DNA from: Phormidium sp. OSCR
GTDB taxonomy: Bacteria; Cyanobacteriota; Cyanobacteriia; Cyanobacteriales; Geitlerinemataceae
DNA: 64,000 nucleotides
Assembly (NCBI GenBank): GCA_001314905.1
Contig: LJZT01000001.1
Span: 37,074 to 101,073, forward strand
Reading direction: 5' to 3'
Part shown: positions 8,610-20,432 of the stretch, one piece after another
Numbering within the stretch: position 1 is the first letter of the stretch
How the letters are laid out: each line of letters starts with the position of its first letter
Made by a program: the position numbers and the translations under genes
The notes under the pieces: generated by a model
Seen by the model: the letters and a program-made list of their open reading frames with translations, nothing else
What the model was told of the DNA's origin: nothing
Databases searched by the model: none

Positions 8610-10859
8610 ATGATAGATATCGAAGCTCCCATTCAGTATTACGACAGCATTCAACCTCACGGAATGGTGCTTGTTTTGTCCGAGCCAGGCGATCGCGGCG
8701 ATCGCCTCCTACTCCAGATTAGTGGCAATAGCGAAGCCTTCTTAGCTATCCCCCCCCAAGATCTGTTGGGAAAATCCCTCGCTGACCTCTTCAATGCCAA
8801 ACAGCGTCAGGCCTTGGAAGCTGCCGCCTCGGAACTCGATCCCACCATTCCCCCTCGCTTAAGTCTCACCCTTGAGGTTGAGAATCAGGCTAAATCCTTT
8901 CAAGGACGGGTTCATCGCAACCCGGATGGCATCCTCGTTCTGGAGTTGGAACCCGAACGTCAGGAGACGGAGATCTCCCTAACCCGGTTTTACCAAATGG
9001 TGCGCTCTCATGTACGTCAGTTACAGATGACGGACAATATCCAACAACTCTGTCAAACCGGCGTTGAGAGTCTTTATGAGTTCACAGGATTTGATCGGGT
9101 GATGGCTTATGAGTTTAATCCTCAAGGCCATGGCATTGTCGTAGCTGAGGCGAAGCGAGAGGATCTCCCGGCCTATTTGGGCCTGCATTACCCTGATGCT
9201 GATACTCGTCCCTGTCGTCATCTGTTTAGTCGCAACTATAGTCGCCTGATTCCCGATGCTCATGTTGAGAATGTGCCACTGGTTCCTCGGGAAAATCCTC
9301 AAACTGGAGCGCCCCTGGATTTAACCTATTGTGAGTTACGGGGGGTTGTCTCCTGTCACCAGACCTATTTACAAAATATGGGGGTGCGATCGACCCTAGT
9401 GATGTCTCTGTTTCGACAGCAGCAACTCTGGGGTCTGATTTCTTGCCATCACCTAACCCCGAAATATCTGCGGGAGTCCCAACTCGAAGCCTGTACGTTG
9501 TTGGTTCAGGCCATATCTTTGGAGTTATCGGTCAAAAGTCAGACCACAGAATATGCCGATCGCGTAGCCTGTCAGGGTAAGTTATCCCACTTACTCGAGT
9601 CGATGTCGGAAACTCAAGATTGGGTCAAAGGTGCGTTAGACCATGAAGATACGTTTTTAGGCATGGTGGCGGCATCGGGGGCTGTTATTTATCGGGATGG
9701 GGTCTGTGATTTTGTGGGACAAACCCCCTCCCAGTTACAAATTTTGCGCTTAGTCCCCAGTATTGAGGCTCAAATCAGGGATGATCAGGTCTTTGCCTGC
9801 GATCGCCTAGAAGATATTGATGAAACCGCCGTTTGTTATCGTCAGGTGGGGAGTGGGGTGCTGGCGATCGCCATTTCGCCGGCCCTACGCCATTATATTC
9901 TCTGGTTTCGCCCTGAATATCGCCAAACCGTGCGTTGGGCCGGGGACCCCAACCATGTTATAGAAAGCCATCTGGATGATGATGGAATGGTGCGACTTTC
10001 GCCACGAGGCTCGTTTGCCGAATGGTCTGAACAGGTGAAGGGCCAATCGCTCCCCTGGCAAGATTGGGAAACCGAGGCCGCCTTGGCGTTACGGGATGCC
10101 ATTTTGAAGGTGGTGATTCGTCAGGCCGATGCTTTGGCGAAGTTAACTCAGGAGTTGGAACGCTCGAATGCGGAGTTAGAGAAGTTTGCTTATGTGGCCT
10201 CTCATGATTTGCAAGAACCGTTAAATTTGGTGTCGAGTTATGTGCAGTTGCTGGAGATGCGCTATGGCGATCGCCTCGATCAAGATGCTCATGAGTTTAT
10301 CGGCTTTGCTGTCGAAGGCGTCACCCATATGCAGCGTCTGATTGATGATCTCCTGGCCTACTCCCGGGTTGGATCTCGCGGTGAGCCATTTCGTCCCGTA
10401 TCCGTGAATACTGTTCTTGAGCGGGTGCGAACCAATTTACAGGGTCGCATTGAGGAGAGTCATGCCATGATTGAGTCAGATGCTTTACCCGATGTGATGG
10501 CTGATGAGATTCAGTTGATGCAACTGTTCCAGAATTTGATTGGCAATGCCCTCAAGTTTCATGGTGAGTCGCCTCTACGGATTCGTATCAGTGCTAAGGG
10601 AGACGATGAGATGTGGCGCTTCTGTATTGAGGATAATGGCATTGGCCTAGAACCCCAGTTCGCAGACCGGATTTTCTCGATTTTCCAGCGCTTACATACC
10701 CGCGATGAATATCCCGGCACCGGCATTGGCTTGGCCATTTGCAAACGCATTGTGGAACGTCACGGTGGACGCATTTGGGTAGAATCGTCTCTTGGCAGTG
10801 GAGCTCGCTTTTATTTTACGCTCCCCGTCTGTCGCCTCGAACCCGTTGAGGATGTTTAA
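8610..10859 (+). CDS. cph1: Cph1/CphA-type phytochrome histidine kinase (PAS-GAF-PHY-HisKA-HATPase)
   Basis: IQPHG knot, GAF SCHQTYLQNMGV with bilin-binding Cys-His, PHY PRGSF, H-box ASHDLQEPL, GTGIGLAIC. Confidence 0.9.
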   Translation: MIDIEAPIQYYDSIQPHGMVLVLSEPGDRGDRLLLQISGNSEAFLAIPPQDLLGKSLADLFNAKQRQALEAAASELDPTIPPRLSLTLEVENQAKSFQGRVHRNPDGILVLELEPERQETEISLTRFYQMVRSHVRQLQMTDNIQQLCQTGVESLYEFTGFDRVMAYEFNPQGHGIVVAEAKREDLPAYLGLHYPDADTRPCRHLFSRNYSRLIPDAHVENVPLVPRENPQTGAPLDLTYCELRGVVSCHQTYLQNMGVRSTLVMSLFRQQQLWGLISCHHLTPKYLRESQLEACTLLVQAISLELSVKSQTTEYADRVACQGKLSHLLESMSETQDWVKGALDHEDTFLGMVAASGAVIYRDGVCDFVGQTPSQLQILRLVPSIEAQIRDDQVFACDRLEDIDETAVCYRQVGSGVLAIAISPALRHYILWFRPEYRQTVRWAGDPNHVIESHLDDDGMVRLSPRGSFAEWSEQVKGQSLPWQDWETEAALALRDAILKVVIRQADALAKLTQELERSNAELEKFAYVASHDLQEPLNLVSSYVQLLEMRYGDRLDQDAHEFIGFAVEGVTHMQRLIDDLLAYSRVGSRGEPFRPVSVNTVLERVRTNLQGRIEESHAMIESDALPDVMADEIQLMQLFQNLIGNALKFHGESPLRIRISAKGDDEMWRFCIEDNGIGLEPQFADRIFSIFQRLHTRDEYPGTGIGLAICKRIVERHGGRIWVESSLGSGARFYFTLPVCRLEPVEDV

Positions 10860-10889
10860 GGGGAGTGATTCACTTTGGATGTAGTTGGG

Positions 10890-11321
10890 ATGAAACGTCG
10901 AAAAATTTTGCTGGTTGAAGATAATCTAGCTCATGTGCGCTTGATTCAGGAGGCGTTTAAGGAAAGTCAGTTATCTCATGAGATGGTGGCGGTGAAAGAT
11001 GGGGTCGAAGCCATGGAGTATTTACATCAACGGCCCCCCTATGAGAATGCAGTTTTGCCCGATGTGATCCTCCTGGATTTGAATTTGCCACGAAAAGATG
11101 GCCGGGAAGTGTTGGCGGAATTGAAAGGAAATCCTAACTTATCTCAGATTCCAGTTTTGGTCTTAACCACCTCGAATAATGATGAAGATATTCAAGAAAG
11201 TTATCGCCTTCATGCCAACTGTTACATTCAGAAATCACAAAATTTGCAGCAGTTGTTATCAATTATCGAGACAATTCAGCGCTTTTGGCTTGAGATTGTG
11301 ACGCTCCCTCTCGATGCGTGA
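10890..11321 (+). CDS. rcp1: Single-domain response regulator, Rcp1-like
   Basis: ILLVEDN, LLDLNLPRKDGREVL, HANCYIQK; directly follows the phytochrome gene. Confidence 0.9.
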   Translation: MKRRKILLVEDNLAHVRLIQEAFKESQLSHEMVAVKDGVEAMEYLHQRPPYENAVLPDVILLDLNLPRKDGREVLAELKGNPNLSQIPVLVLTTSNNDEDIQESYRLHANCYIQKSQNLQQLLSIIETIQRFWLEIVTLPLDA

Positions 11322-11634
11322 GAGACGGCATAAATCTTATCATGAGGAGGTAAAAGACCCAAGATTTATGACTAGGAAGCGCGACAATCGGCACTCAAAT
11401 CAGATCTCTTGTAGTGGGGATCATTAAGATAATCTGAGGAAAATGGTTAAGTGTCCCTTGAGCTGATCCTGCCCATCGACCCTTCATCTTAAGCCGCTCC
11501 TGATGTCGTTGGGCTAAGTTGTGATTATTCCCTAACAAATACTAAGTTTTGTATCTATATTCAGGTTAAAGTCCGATTTGGAGGAACAAAGATTGCATAA
11601 TATAGACAAGACTTTAAAATAGTTTACTTTTAAT

Positions 11635-13956
11635 ATGTCCGTTAACTCAGTCAATATCCTACTGATTGAGGATAATCCTGCCGAAGCTAGGCTACTGCAA
11701 GAGCTACTCAAACAAGCCTCCCCGACTCGTTTTAGGTGGACTTGTCAGTCTCGCCTACAGGCGGCGATCGCTATCCTGCATGAGCAGTCCTTTGATGTGA
11801 TTCTGCTCGATCTGACGTTGCCTGATAGCCAGGGGTTAGAATCCCTGACGGCGATCGCCAAGGTTCGTCCTCAAGTGCCAATTGTGGTGTTAACCAACAC
11901 CGATGATGACGATCTCGCCCTCGAAGCCATGCGATCGGGGGCTCAAGACTATCTCTTCAAACGCCAGGCTAACACGGAACTGCTGGCCCGTTCCGTGCGC
12001 TATGCCATTGAACGCAAGCAAGCCTCAGAGGAAGTTCGGCAAGCCAAGGAGGACCTCGAACAGCGGGTTCAGGAGCGCACGGCGGAACTGGCCCGGACGA
12101 ACCGGCAATTGCAACGGGAAGTCCGCGATCGCCAACGGATTCAGCAGGCCCTGATTCGTGAAAAAGAACTGGCTCAAGTGACCTTGCACTCCATTGGCGA
12201 TGCCGTCATCGCCACCGATGCCAACGGCCGGATTCAATCCCTCAACCCAGTGGCGGAAACCCTGACGGGATGGAAATCTCACGCCGCTCAAGGTCATTCT
12301 CTCGATACGGTGTTACGGCTGTGGGATGAGGCAACCCATACCCCGGTACAAGATTTACTCGAACAGGTGTTGCGCCACGGGATTGCCTTAGATCCCTCAG
12401 AACGCCGTTTGGTGGGGGCCAATAAAACCCAGGAATTTTTTGTAGAACTCTCGGCGGCCCCGATTCGCCTCGATGATGGCAATATCGTTGGGGGAGTTCT
12501 TGTCTGTCGTGATGTTACCCCCGCTCGCAGTTTAGCCCAACAACTATCTTGGCAGGCTCGCCATGATGCCCTAACGGGACTTCCCAATCGACGGGAGTTT
12601 GAACATTGTCTCGAGGCGGCGATCGCCAATTCCCGCACCACTGACACCACTCATGTTCTCTGTTATCTGGACTTAGATCGCTTCAAAATCGTCAATGATA
12701 CTTGTGGCCATATGGCCGGGGATGAACTGCTACGGCATATGAGCGCCTTATTGCAACACCATACCCCCAAGGCAGACCTCTTAGCTCGCTTAGGGGGTGA
12801 TGAGTTTGCTCTACTGCTACATCACTGTAGTCTCGATGAGGCTCAGGAAAAGGTCAACGGGTTGATTGAGCGTATTCGCGCTTTCCGCTTTGTTTGGGAC
12901 GATAGCACCTTCACCGTGGGGGCGAGTGCCGGACTCGTGGAAATTAACGCCCAAACCGATAGTTGGGCTCATGTCCTCAGTGCCGCCGATACGGCTATGT
13001 ATGCCGCTAAGGATGCCGGGCGCAACCGTTTACAGATTTATCAAAGTGATGACGATGACATGGTGCAACGTCATGGCGATATGCAATGGGTGTCGCGGAT
13101 TGTTAAAGCCTTAGAGGAGGATCGCTTCTGTTTATACGCCCAACGGATTGTTCCGGCGGACCCACAACGGCGATCGCGCGATCGCTATGAAATCCTGCTG
13201 CGTCTCCAAGACGAACATGGCAACATCGTTAGTCCAGGGGCCTTTATGCCCGCCGCTGAACGCTATGATTTGATGCCCGCTATTGACCGCTGGGTGGTGC
13301 GACAACTGTTCTCCCAACTGCGTCATTTACCAGACCAGTGGCAACAGCCGAAACCCCTTTATATGGTCAATCTCTCAGGAGCTAGTTTCAATGATGAGCG
13401 CTTCTTGGCCTTCCTACGAGAACAGTTCTGGCTGCATCATATCGCCCCTTCGATGATCTGCTTCGAGATTACCGAAACCGTCGCCATCTCCAATGTCAAC
13501 CAGGCGGTGCAGTTTATCTATCAACTCAAACAACTCGGCTGTTGCTTCGCCCTCGATGACTTTGGCAGTGGTATGTCGTCCCTCAACTATCTGAAAAATC
13601 TGCCCGTTGACTATCTCAAAATCGATGGTCACTTTATTCGCACTGTTGAAACCGACGCCATTGATGCGGCCACCATCGAGGCGATCAATCATATGGGCCA
13701 TGTCATGGGCCTACAAACCATTGCCGAATTTGTCGAAAATCCGGCCATTCTCCAAAAAGTTCAGCATCTTGGCGTTGACTTCGTTCAAGGCTATGGCATT
13801 GCCATGCCTGAACCCTTGATCATCCCAAAGTCTGCCGGCTCCCGTAGCCGCTCGCGACCCCGAAAAAACGGCAGAGCCATCACCCCCAAGCCCCTGACCG
13901 CCGCCGAGGTAGGGGTACGACCCTCAACTGACGGCTTCAGGCTACCCGAAACTTAA
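11635..13956 (+). CDS. REC-PAS-GGDEF-EAL diguanylate cyclase/phosphodiesterase
   Basis: N-terminal REC (LLDLTLPD), PAS ([10 protein letters not shown]), RLGGDEF, YEILLRL, DDFGSG, KIDG. Confidence 0.93.
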   Translation: MSVNSVNILLIEDNPAEARLLQELLKQASPTRFRWTCQSRLQAAIAILHEQSFDVILLDLTLPDSQGLESLTAIAKVRPQVPIVVLTNTDDDDLALEAMRSGAQDYLFKRQANTELLARSVRYAIERKQASEEVRQAKEDLEQRVQERTAELARTNRQLQREVRDRQRIQQALIREKELAQVTLHSIGDAVIATDANGRIQSLNPVAETLTGWKSHAAQGHSLDTVLRLWDEATHTPVQDLLEQVLRHGIALDPSERRLVGANKTQEFFVELSAAPIRLDDGNIVGGVLVCRDVTPARSLAQQLSWQARHDALTGLPNRREFEHCLEAAIANSRTTDTTHVLCYLDLDRFKIVNDTCGHMAGDELLRHMSALLQHHTPKADLLARLGGDEFALLLHHCSLDEAQEKVNGLIERIRAFRFVWDDSTFTVGASAGLVEINAQTDSWAHVLSAADTAMYAAKDAGRNRLQIYQSDDDDMVQRHGDMQWVSRIVKALEEDRFCLYAQRIVPADPQRRSRDRYEILLRLQDEHGNIVSPGAFMPAAERYDLMPAIDRWVVRQLFSQLRHLPDQWQQPKPLYMVNLSGASFNDERFLAFLREQFWLHHIAPSMICFEITETVAISNVNQAVQFIYQLKQLGCCFALDDFGSGMSSLNYLKNLPVDYLKIDGHFIRTVETDAIDAATIEAINHMGHVMGLQTIAEFVENPAILQKVQHLGVDFVQGYGIAMPEPLIIPKSAGSRSRSRPRKNGRAITPKPLTAAEVGVRPSTDGFRLPET

Positions 13957-15281
13957 GCGGACTCAGGTTTGGGCAGAGATGATGGGTGCATCACAACTTC
14001 ACTGGTTGAGCGTTTCTCCACCATTTCTCGGGTAATCACACAACGGGAGACATCCTTACGGGAGGGCAACTCATACATCACTTCGAGCATGAGTTCCTCA
14101 ACGATGCTGCGTAAGGCCCGCGCCCCGGTTTTACGGCGATAGGCTTCTTTGGCGATCGCCCGCAAGGCATCGGGACGAAACTCCAACTTGACATTATCCA
14201 TATCCATGAGCTTCTGATACTGCTTAATCAGAGCGTTCCGGGGTTGAGTGAGAATCTGAACCAGGGTATCCTCATCCAAGGGTTCTAACACCGCTTCGAT
14301 GGGAATGCGCCCAATAAACTCCGGAATCAGACCAAATTTCACCAAATCCCCTGGTTCGAGATTGCTCAGGACATCCACCGTGCGCTTGTCACGGGGTTTG
14401 CTGTCCCCAGGCTGGACAAAGCCAATACTCTTTTTACCCATACGCTGTTCGACGAGCTTATCGAGACCGACAAAGGCCCCGCCACAGATAAAGAGAATAT
14501 TACGGGTATCAATTTGAATACAGTCCTGATAGGGATGTTTACGACCCCCCTGAGGTGGGACATTGGCCACAGTCCCCTCTAACATTTTCAGCAGGGCCTG
14601 CTGGACACCTTCCCCGGAGACATCCCGCGTAATCGAGGGATTTTCACTCTTACGGGCCACCTTATCGAGTTCGTCAATGTAGATAATCCCCCGTTGGGCT
14701 TCTTCCACATCGAGATCTGCCACTTGTAACAAGCGCAGCAGGATGTTTTCGACATCTTCCCCCACATATCCCGCTTCCGTCAGCGTCGTCGCATCAGCCA
14801 CCGCAAAGGGGACCTCTAGGATATTGGCCAGGGTTTGAGCTAGGAGGGTTTTACCACTACCAGTGGGGCCAATCAGCAAGATGTTGGACTTTTGCAGTTC
14901 CACCTCATCGCCTTCGCTTTTATTTTGATTGGCACTCAGGCGCTTGTAGTGGTTATAAACAGCCACCGATAAGACCTTCTTGGCGGCCTCTTGTCCGATG
15001 ACATGATCGTCGAGATAATGCTTGATTTCAATGGGTTTGGGAATCTGCCCCAGAGAGAGCTTCGCCGAACGAGGGCGACGACGTTCAGGGGATTCAGAGC
15101 GTTGTGCGCTAGGGGGGGCTGCGGCACCCGAATCGTACAACTCTTCATCGAGAATTTCGTTGCACAAGTCTACGCATTCGTCACAAATGTACACACCGGG
15201 ACCGGCGATGAGTTTGCGAACTTGCTCCTGAGACTTGCCGCAGAAGGAGCATTTTAGGTGAGAGTCGTACTTGTTCGGCAT
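13953..15281 (-). CDS. clpX: ATP-dependent Clp protease ATPase subunit
   Basis: Zn-binding CSFCGK...[18 protein letters not shown]. Confidence 0.98.
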   Translation of the reverse strand: MPNKYDSHLKCSFCGKSQEQVRKLIAGPGVYICDECVDLCNEILDEELYDSGAAAPPSAQRSESPERRRPRSAKLSLGQIPKPIEIKHYLDDHVIGQEAAKKVLSVAVYNHYKRLSANQNKSEGDEVELQKSNILLIGPTGSGKTLLAQTLANILEVPFAVADATTLTEAGYVGEDVENILLRLLQVADLDVEEAQRGIIYIDELDKVARKSENPSITRDVSGEGVQQALLKMLEGTVANVPPQGGRKHPYQDCIQIDTRNILFICGGAFVGLDKLVEQRMGKKSIGFVQPGDSKPRDKRTVDVLSNLEPGDLVKFGLIPEFIGRIPIEAVLEPLDEDTLVQILTQPRNALIKQYQKLMDMDNVKLEFRPDALRAIAKEAYRRKTGARALRSIVEELMLEVMYELPSRKDVSRCVITREMVEKRSTSEVVMHPSSLPKPESA

Positions 15282-15437
15282 AAGCTTTCTCTTGCGGAAA
15301 TTCAGCCTTAATGGGTTAGGGACAATTCAATCACGAGGTCATGGGGCCTGTGGGCAGACACCAGACTGAGGAGAGCCTCAGCTTATGCCTGATGACGATT
15401 TGGGAGAGTGTCTCCCCAGCACACTCTCCCAGACAGA

Positions 15438-16112
15438 TTAGTTTGAGGCGGCTAAGGCGACAGGAGTTTGTGCGATAACCGTATCCACTAATCCATACTC
15501 TCGGGCCTCTTCTGCGGACATGAAGAAGTCCCGTTCGGTATCTGCTTCAAGGCGCTCTAGGGGCTTACCGGTATGTTTGGCTAACAGGCGGTTCAACGTA
15601 CTCTTATGGTAGAGAATTTCTTTGGCCTGAATTTCAATGTCCACGGCTTGTCCTTGAGCGCCACCGAGGGGTTGGTGGATCATAATCCGGGAGTTGAGCA
15701 GGGACATCCGTTTTCCTGGGGCACCGGCAGCTAGGAGAAAGGCTCCCATGCTGGCGGCTAGGCCAAAACAGATGGTGACCACATCGGGGCGCACCTGCTG
15801 CATGGTGTCATAGATGGCCATGCCGGCTGTCACTGAACCGCCGGGGGAGTTGATATAGAGTTGGATGTCTTTTTCGGGGTCATCGGCATCGAGGTAGAGC
15901 AGTTGGGCGACGATGGAGTCGGCCACGGCATCATCGACGGGCGTTCCGAGAAAGATAATCCGTTCTCGTAGCAGACGGGAGTAGATATCGAAGGCACGTT
16001 CGCCCATGCCGGACTGTTCGACCACCATGGGGATGGTGCCTTGGGGGCCAGAATAGATTTGCGGGTGGGACAGGCTCATCAAGTCATGCCCGTGGGCTTG
16101 GGATCTCAACAT
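15438..16112 (-). CDS. clpP: Clp protease proteolytic subunit (ClpP2-like; start could be ATG 16079)
   Basis: [32 protein letters not shown]. Confidence 0.97.
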   Translation of the reverse strand: MLRSQAHGHDLMSLSHPQIYSGPQGTIPMVVEQSGMGERAFDIYSRLLRERIIFLGTPVDDAVADSIVAQLLYLDADDPEKDIQLYINSPGGSVTAGMAIYDTMQQVRPDVVTICFGLAASMGAFLLAAGAPGKRMSLLNSRIMIHQPLGGAQGQAVDIEIQAKEILYHKSTLNRLLAKHTGKPLERLEADTERDFFMSAEEAREYGLVDTVIAQTPVALAASN

Positions 16113-16155
16113 AAATTTAGATACTCAGCTCGCAGTGGGTAAACCGTGAGAGGGG

Positions 16156-17544
16156 TTAGGAGTCTTGGGAGTCGTTCTCGTCGGCGTCGGCCGTCTCCTC
16201 GGCCGCTTCGTCGTCATCTGACAAACTACCTTCGGGAACTAGCTCGATCTTAGCGCGTTCTCGTAGCCAATTGAGGGCTTTCTGAGAAAGGAGATCTTTT
16301 TCGACAAATCCTTGCAGGCGTTCTTCGTCGATGTCGCGATCGCTCAGTTGCTCACGAATTTCGTTGGCCCGTTCCTCTTTTTCGCTTTCTGTCGGTTGTA
16401 AGTCCTGGAGTTCAGCGATTTTTTCGAGGGCCAGGTCTTGTTTGAGTTTGGCGATCGCCTCGGGACGAGAGCGTTCGCGCATGGCCGCCATGTTTTCTTC
16501 GTTATAAAGGCTGCGGATATCCATGCCATATTGCTGCAACTGCATCGCTGTTTGAGTCAGCATGAAGTCCACCTCTTGTTTGATGAGGGTTTCAGGCAGT
16601 TCAACCTCGATGCAGGCTTCCATTTTGGCCAGCAGGGCGGCCTCAATGTTGCTTGTGGTTTTCTCTTCGGCTTGGTCTTTAAAGCGGGTTTCGATGGATT
16701 CGCGCAGTTCGGCCATCGTGTCGAAGTCACTGATGGTTTGGGCAAAGTCATCATCGAGTTCGGGCAGTTCCCGAGCTTTGATGTCTTTGACCGTGACCGT
16801 GAAGATAGCTTCTTGGCCGGCGAGTTCTTCGTTGGGGTAGTCCTCGGGGAATTTGACATCGAAGGATTTGGTCTCATCGATGGTCATACCCACGATGTTT
16901 TCGACGAAGCCTTCGATGAAACGCCCTTCGTTGAGTTCAACTTGGGTATCTTCGGCACTGCCGCCGGGGAAGGGTTCGGGATCTCCTTCGCCATCTTTGG
17001 GGAGGAGTTTGCCTTCGTAGTCTACGGTGAGAACGTCACCGAGTTGGGCGGCGCGATCTTCGACGGGAATGAGGTTGGCCTGTTCGATTCGCTGTTCTTC
17101 AAAGAAGGCATCGACTTGGGCCGGGTCGTAGACCACTTCTTCGGCGGTAATCTCGAGTCCTTCGTAGTTGTCAACTTTGGCGTCGGGGGGAACATCGACG
17201 GCAATGGAGAAGGTGAGGGGATGGCCGGGGATGAACTGTTGAATCAGCTCATCTACGGGGGTTCGCAGGGTATAGTTGCCAAGAACATTCAGGTTTTCTT
17301 GGTCGATGGCTTGTTGGAGACTATCTTCGATGCTTTCTTCGAGGGCGGCAGCTTTGATGCGCTCACTACCGAGACGCTTGACGAGAATCTGTTGGGGAAC
17401 TTTACCTTTACGGAATCCCGGGATGTTCGCCGCTTGTGTGAATTTCTTCAGGGTGCGATCGTAGGTTTTCTGGGAAATCTCGGGAGGAATTTCGATTTCC
17501 AGATTGATTTGGGATGCGGGAAGCTTTTCCTGGGTTACTTTCAT
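16156..17544 (-). CDS. tig: Trigger factor
   Basis: IPGFRKGKVP ribosome-binding motif, FKBP domain, position upstream of clpP-clpX. Confidence 0.97.
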   Translation of the reverse strand: MKVTQEKLPASQINLEIEIPPEISQKTYDRTLKKFTQAANIPGFRKGKVPQQILVKRLGSERIKAAALEESIEDSLQQAIDQENLNVLGNYTLRTPVDELIQQFIPGHPLTFSIAVDVPPDAKVDNYEGLEITAEEVVYDPAQVDAFFEEQRIEQANLIPVEDRAAQLGDVLTVDYEGKLLPKDGEGDPEPFPGGSAEDTQVELNEGRFIEGFVENIVGMTIDETKSFDVKFPEDYPNEELAGQEAIFTVTVKDIKARELPELDDDFAQTISDFDTMAELRESIETRFKDQAEEKTTSNIEAALLAKMEACIEVELPETLIKQEVDFMLTQTAMQLQQYGMDIRSLYNEENMAAMRERSRPEAIAKLKQDLALEKIAELQDLQPTESEKEERANEIREQLSDRDIDEERLQGFVEKDLLSQKALNWLRERAKIELVPEGSLSDDDEAAEETADADENDSQDS

Positions 17545-17729
17545 GCCTGGCTTGACTGTTTGATTCTAGTTTGAACTTGGGTGTGGTTTGCTGCCTGTTG
17601 ATTTGAGATCACCGTCAATCCCATGGGCGATCGCCGGCTCACCGAAACGACTTCTCAGCGTCCGTTACGGCATCTATGGCGCTCTCAGACCAATGGCGTC
17701 GGGACTCTGAGCTTATCGTCTCTTGGCCC

Positions 17730-17802
17730 TAGTGCATAGCCATAGTGCATAGCCATAGTGCATAGCCATAGTGCATAGCCATAGTGCTATAGCCATAGTG
17801 CA
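17730..17802. repeat. About 5.5 x 13-bp tandem repeat TAGTGCATAGCCA
   Basis: Four exact units from 17730, one 14-bp variant TAGTGCTATAGCCA and a partial unit. Confidence 0.95.
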
Positions 17803-18252
17803 GATCGCTGCGGCTGTACGTTGTCCTTAACAACACTAGCGAGGCAATCCAATCTAGTCTAGCCTAATAGCGAACGGCTGGTCAGATGGCTGAGGCAGCG
17901 AGCCATTGTCGAATCTGCGTTATGCTAGATTAAAGTCGTCATCTAGGACAGCGCTCTGGGCCGGCAGAATCGCCACCGTTGCGCTCAATAGCCAACTCTG
18001 CTATGGTGGCTGTCGATGAGTGCGATCGCTCGCCCCAATTTCGCTCGGCCGCGACATCTGTTATATTCAAAACCTATTTGCTGATGGACCATCTTCGCAA
18101 GCCCCAACTGGGAGTTTCTGAAGTCTGAGTCCCGAAGCGCCCCCTATTAAACCCCTAAAAAAACCGTCATATAAACCGTTACGGCATTCGTCAAACCCTA
18201 TCAAATTCTATTGTTTAACACCGGATTGAAGACCATTAGGAGGACCCAAAAC

Positions 18253-19311
<1,059 letters not shown>

Positions 19312-19322
19312 GGGAGGGAGGC

Positions 19323-20213
19323 GTGATCGATTTTGGACGAGTTCTGACGGCCATGATTGTGCCATTTCACCCGGATGGCAGGGTCAATTTTGAGTTAGTA
19401 GAGCAGTTAGCGGTTCATTTGGTTAACCATGGAACCGAGACGCTAGTCATCTGCGGTACCACTGGGGAATCGCCAACGCTAACTTGGGATGAGGAATATG
19501 AGTTATTCCAGGTGGTTCAACAGGCGGTGAGCCAAACCAGTGCGAAGGTGATGGCCGGCACCGGCTCTAACTCGACTCATGAGGCGATTCGAGCCACGCA
19601 GAAAGCATCGGCGTTGGGCTTAGATGGGTCTTTGCAGGTGGTTCCCTATTACAATAAACCGCCGCAAGCTGGACTTGAGCGACATTTTCGGGCGATCGCC
19701 GAGGCTTGTCCTGAGTTTCCTTTAATGCTCTACAACATCCCTGGCCGAACTGGGGTTAATCTGGAGGCTGAAACGGTGGCTCGCTTGGCAGAACTGCCCA
19801 ATGTCGTTGCTATTAAGGAAGCCAGTGGGAGTCTGGAACGGGCCAGCGAAATTCGCCGCCTGACAAATCCTGAGTTTGCGATCTATTCTGGGGATGATAC
19901 CCTCACCTTGCCGTTGTTGTCCGTGGGGGGCAAAGGGGTCGTCAGTGTGGCCAGTCATTTGGTGGGCGATCGCCTCCAGGAGATGATTCAAGCTTTTGAT
20001 GCCGGGCGCAATGCCGAGGCCACTGCGATTCATTTACAGTTACTGCCCTTGTTCCATGCCCTCTTTTTGACGACCAATCCCATTCCCGTCAAATGTGCGC
20101 TGCAACAGTTGGGTTGGCCCGTTGGGAGTCCGCGATCGCCCCTCTGTGACGCCCCAGACTCGGTCGTTCAGTCGATTCAAACTGTTCTCAAACAACTGAA
20201 CCTCTTGCATTAG
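19323..20213 (+). CDS. dapA: 4-hydroxy-tetrahydrodipicolinate synthase (ORF track start 19308; GTG 19323 follows GGAGG)
   Basis: [22 protein letters not shown]. Confidence 0.96.
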   Translation: MIDFGRVLTAMIVPFHPDGRVNFELVEQLAVHLVNHGTETLVICGTTGESPTLTWDEEYELFQVVQQAVSQTSAKVMAGTGSNSTHEAIRATQKASALGLDGSLQVVPYYNKPPQAGLERHFRAIAEACPEFPLMLYNIPGRTGVNLEAETVARLAELPNVVAIKEASGSLERASEIRRLTNPEFAIYSGDDTLTLPLLSVGGKGVVSVASHLVGDRLQEMIQAFDAGRNAEATAIHLQLLPLFHALFLTTNPIPVKCALQQLGWPVGSPRSPLCDAPDSVVQSIQTVLKQLNLLH

Positions 20214-20432
20214 CCTCCCGCGTATCCCACCGAGTCACCTAGGTTACCTCCATCTCACGGGTATGCCATTAAGAGCTAGTTCCCAATCCCTAGCCTCGGG
20301 GGAACGGGCCACAAGATTACAGATTTGCCCCAAGTTTCATCCTCACACTCAACGGTCTAGGCTACGGCAACCCTTGCCCTAGGCTCACTTGAACACCATT
20401 TACATCGATTCACTCTAATCCATAGTCACACC

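Noticed and set aside
16438-17574. 378-aa ORF on +
   Set aside because: Antisense shadow of tig; no motifs; explained by codon bias of the real gene
17545-18252. Lysine riboswitch upstream of asd-dapA
   Set aside because: No recognisable L-box conserved core; not expected in cyanobacteria
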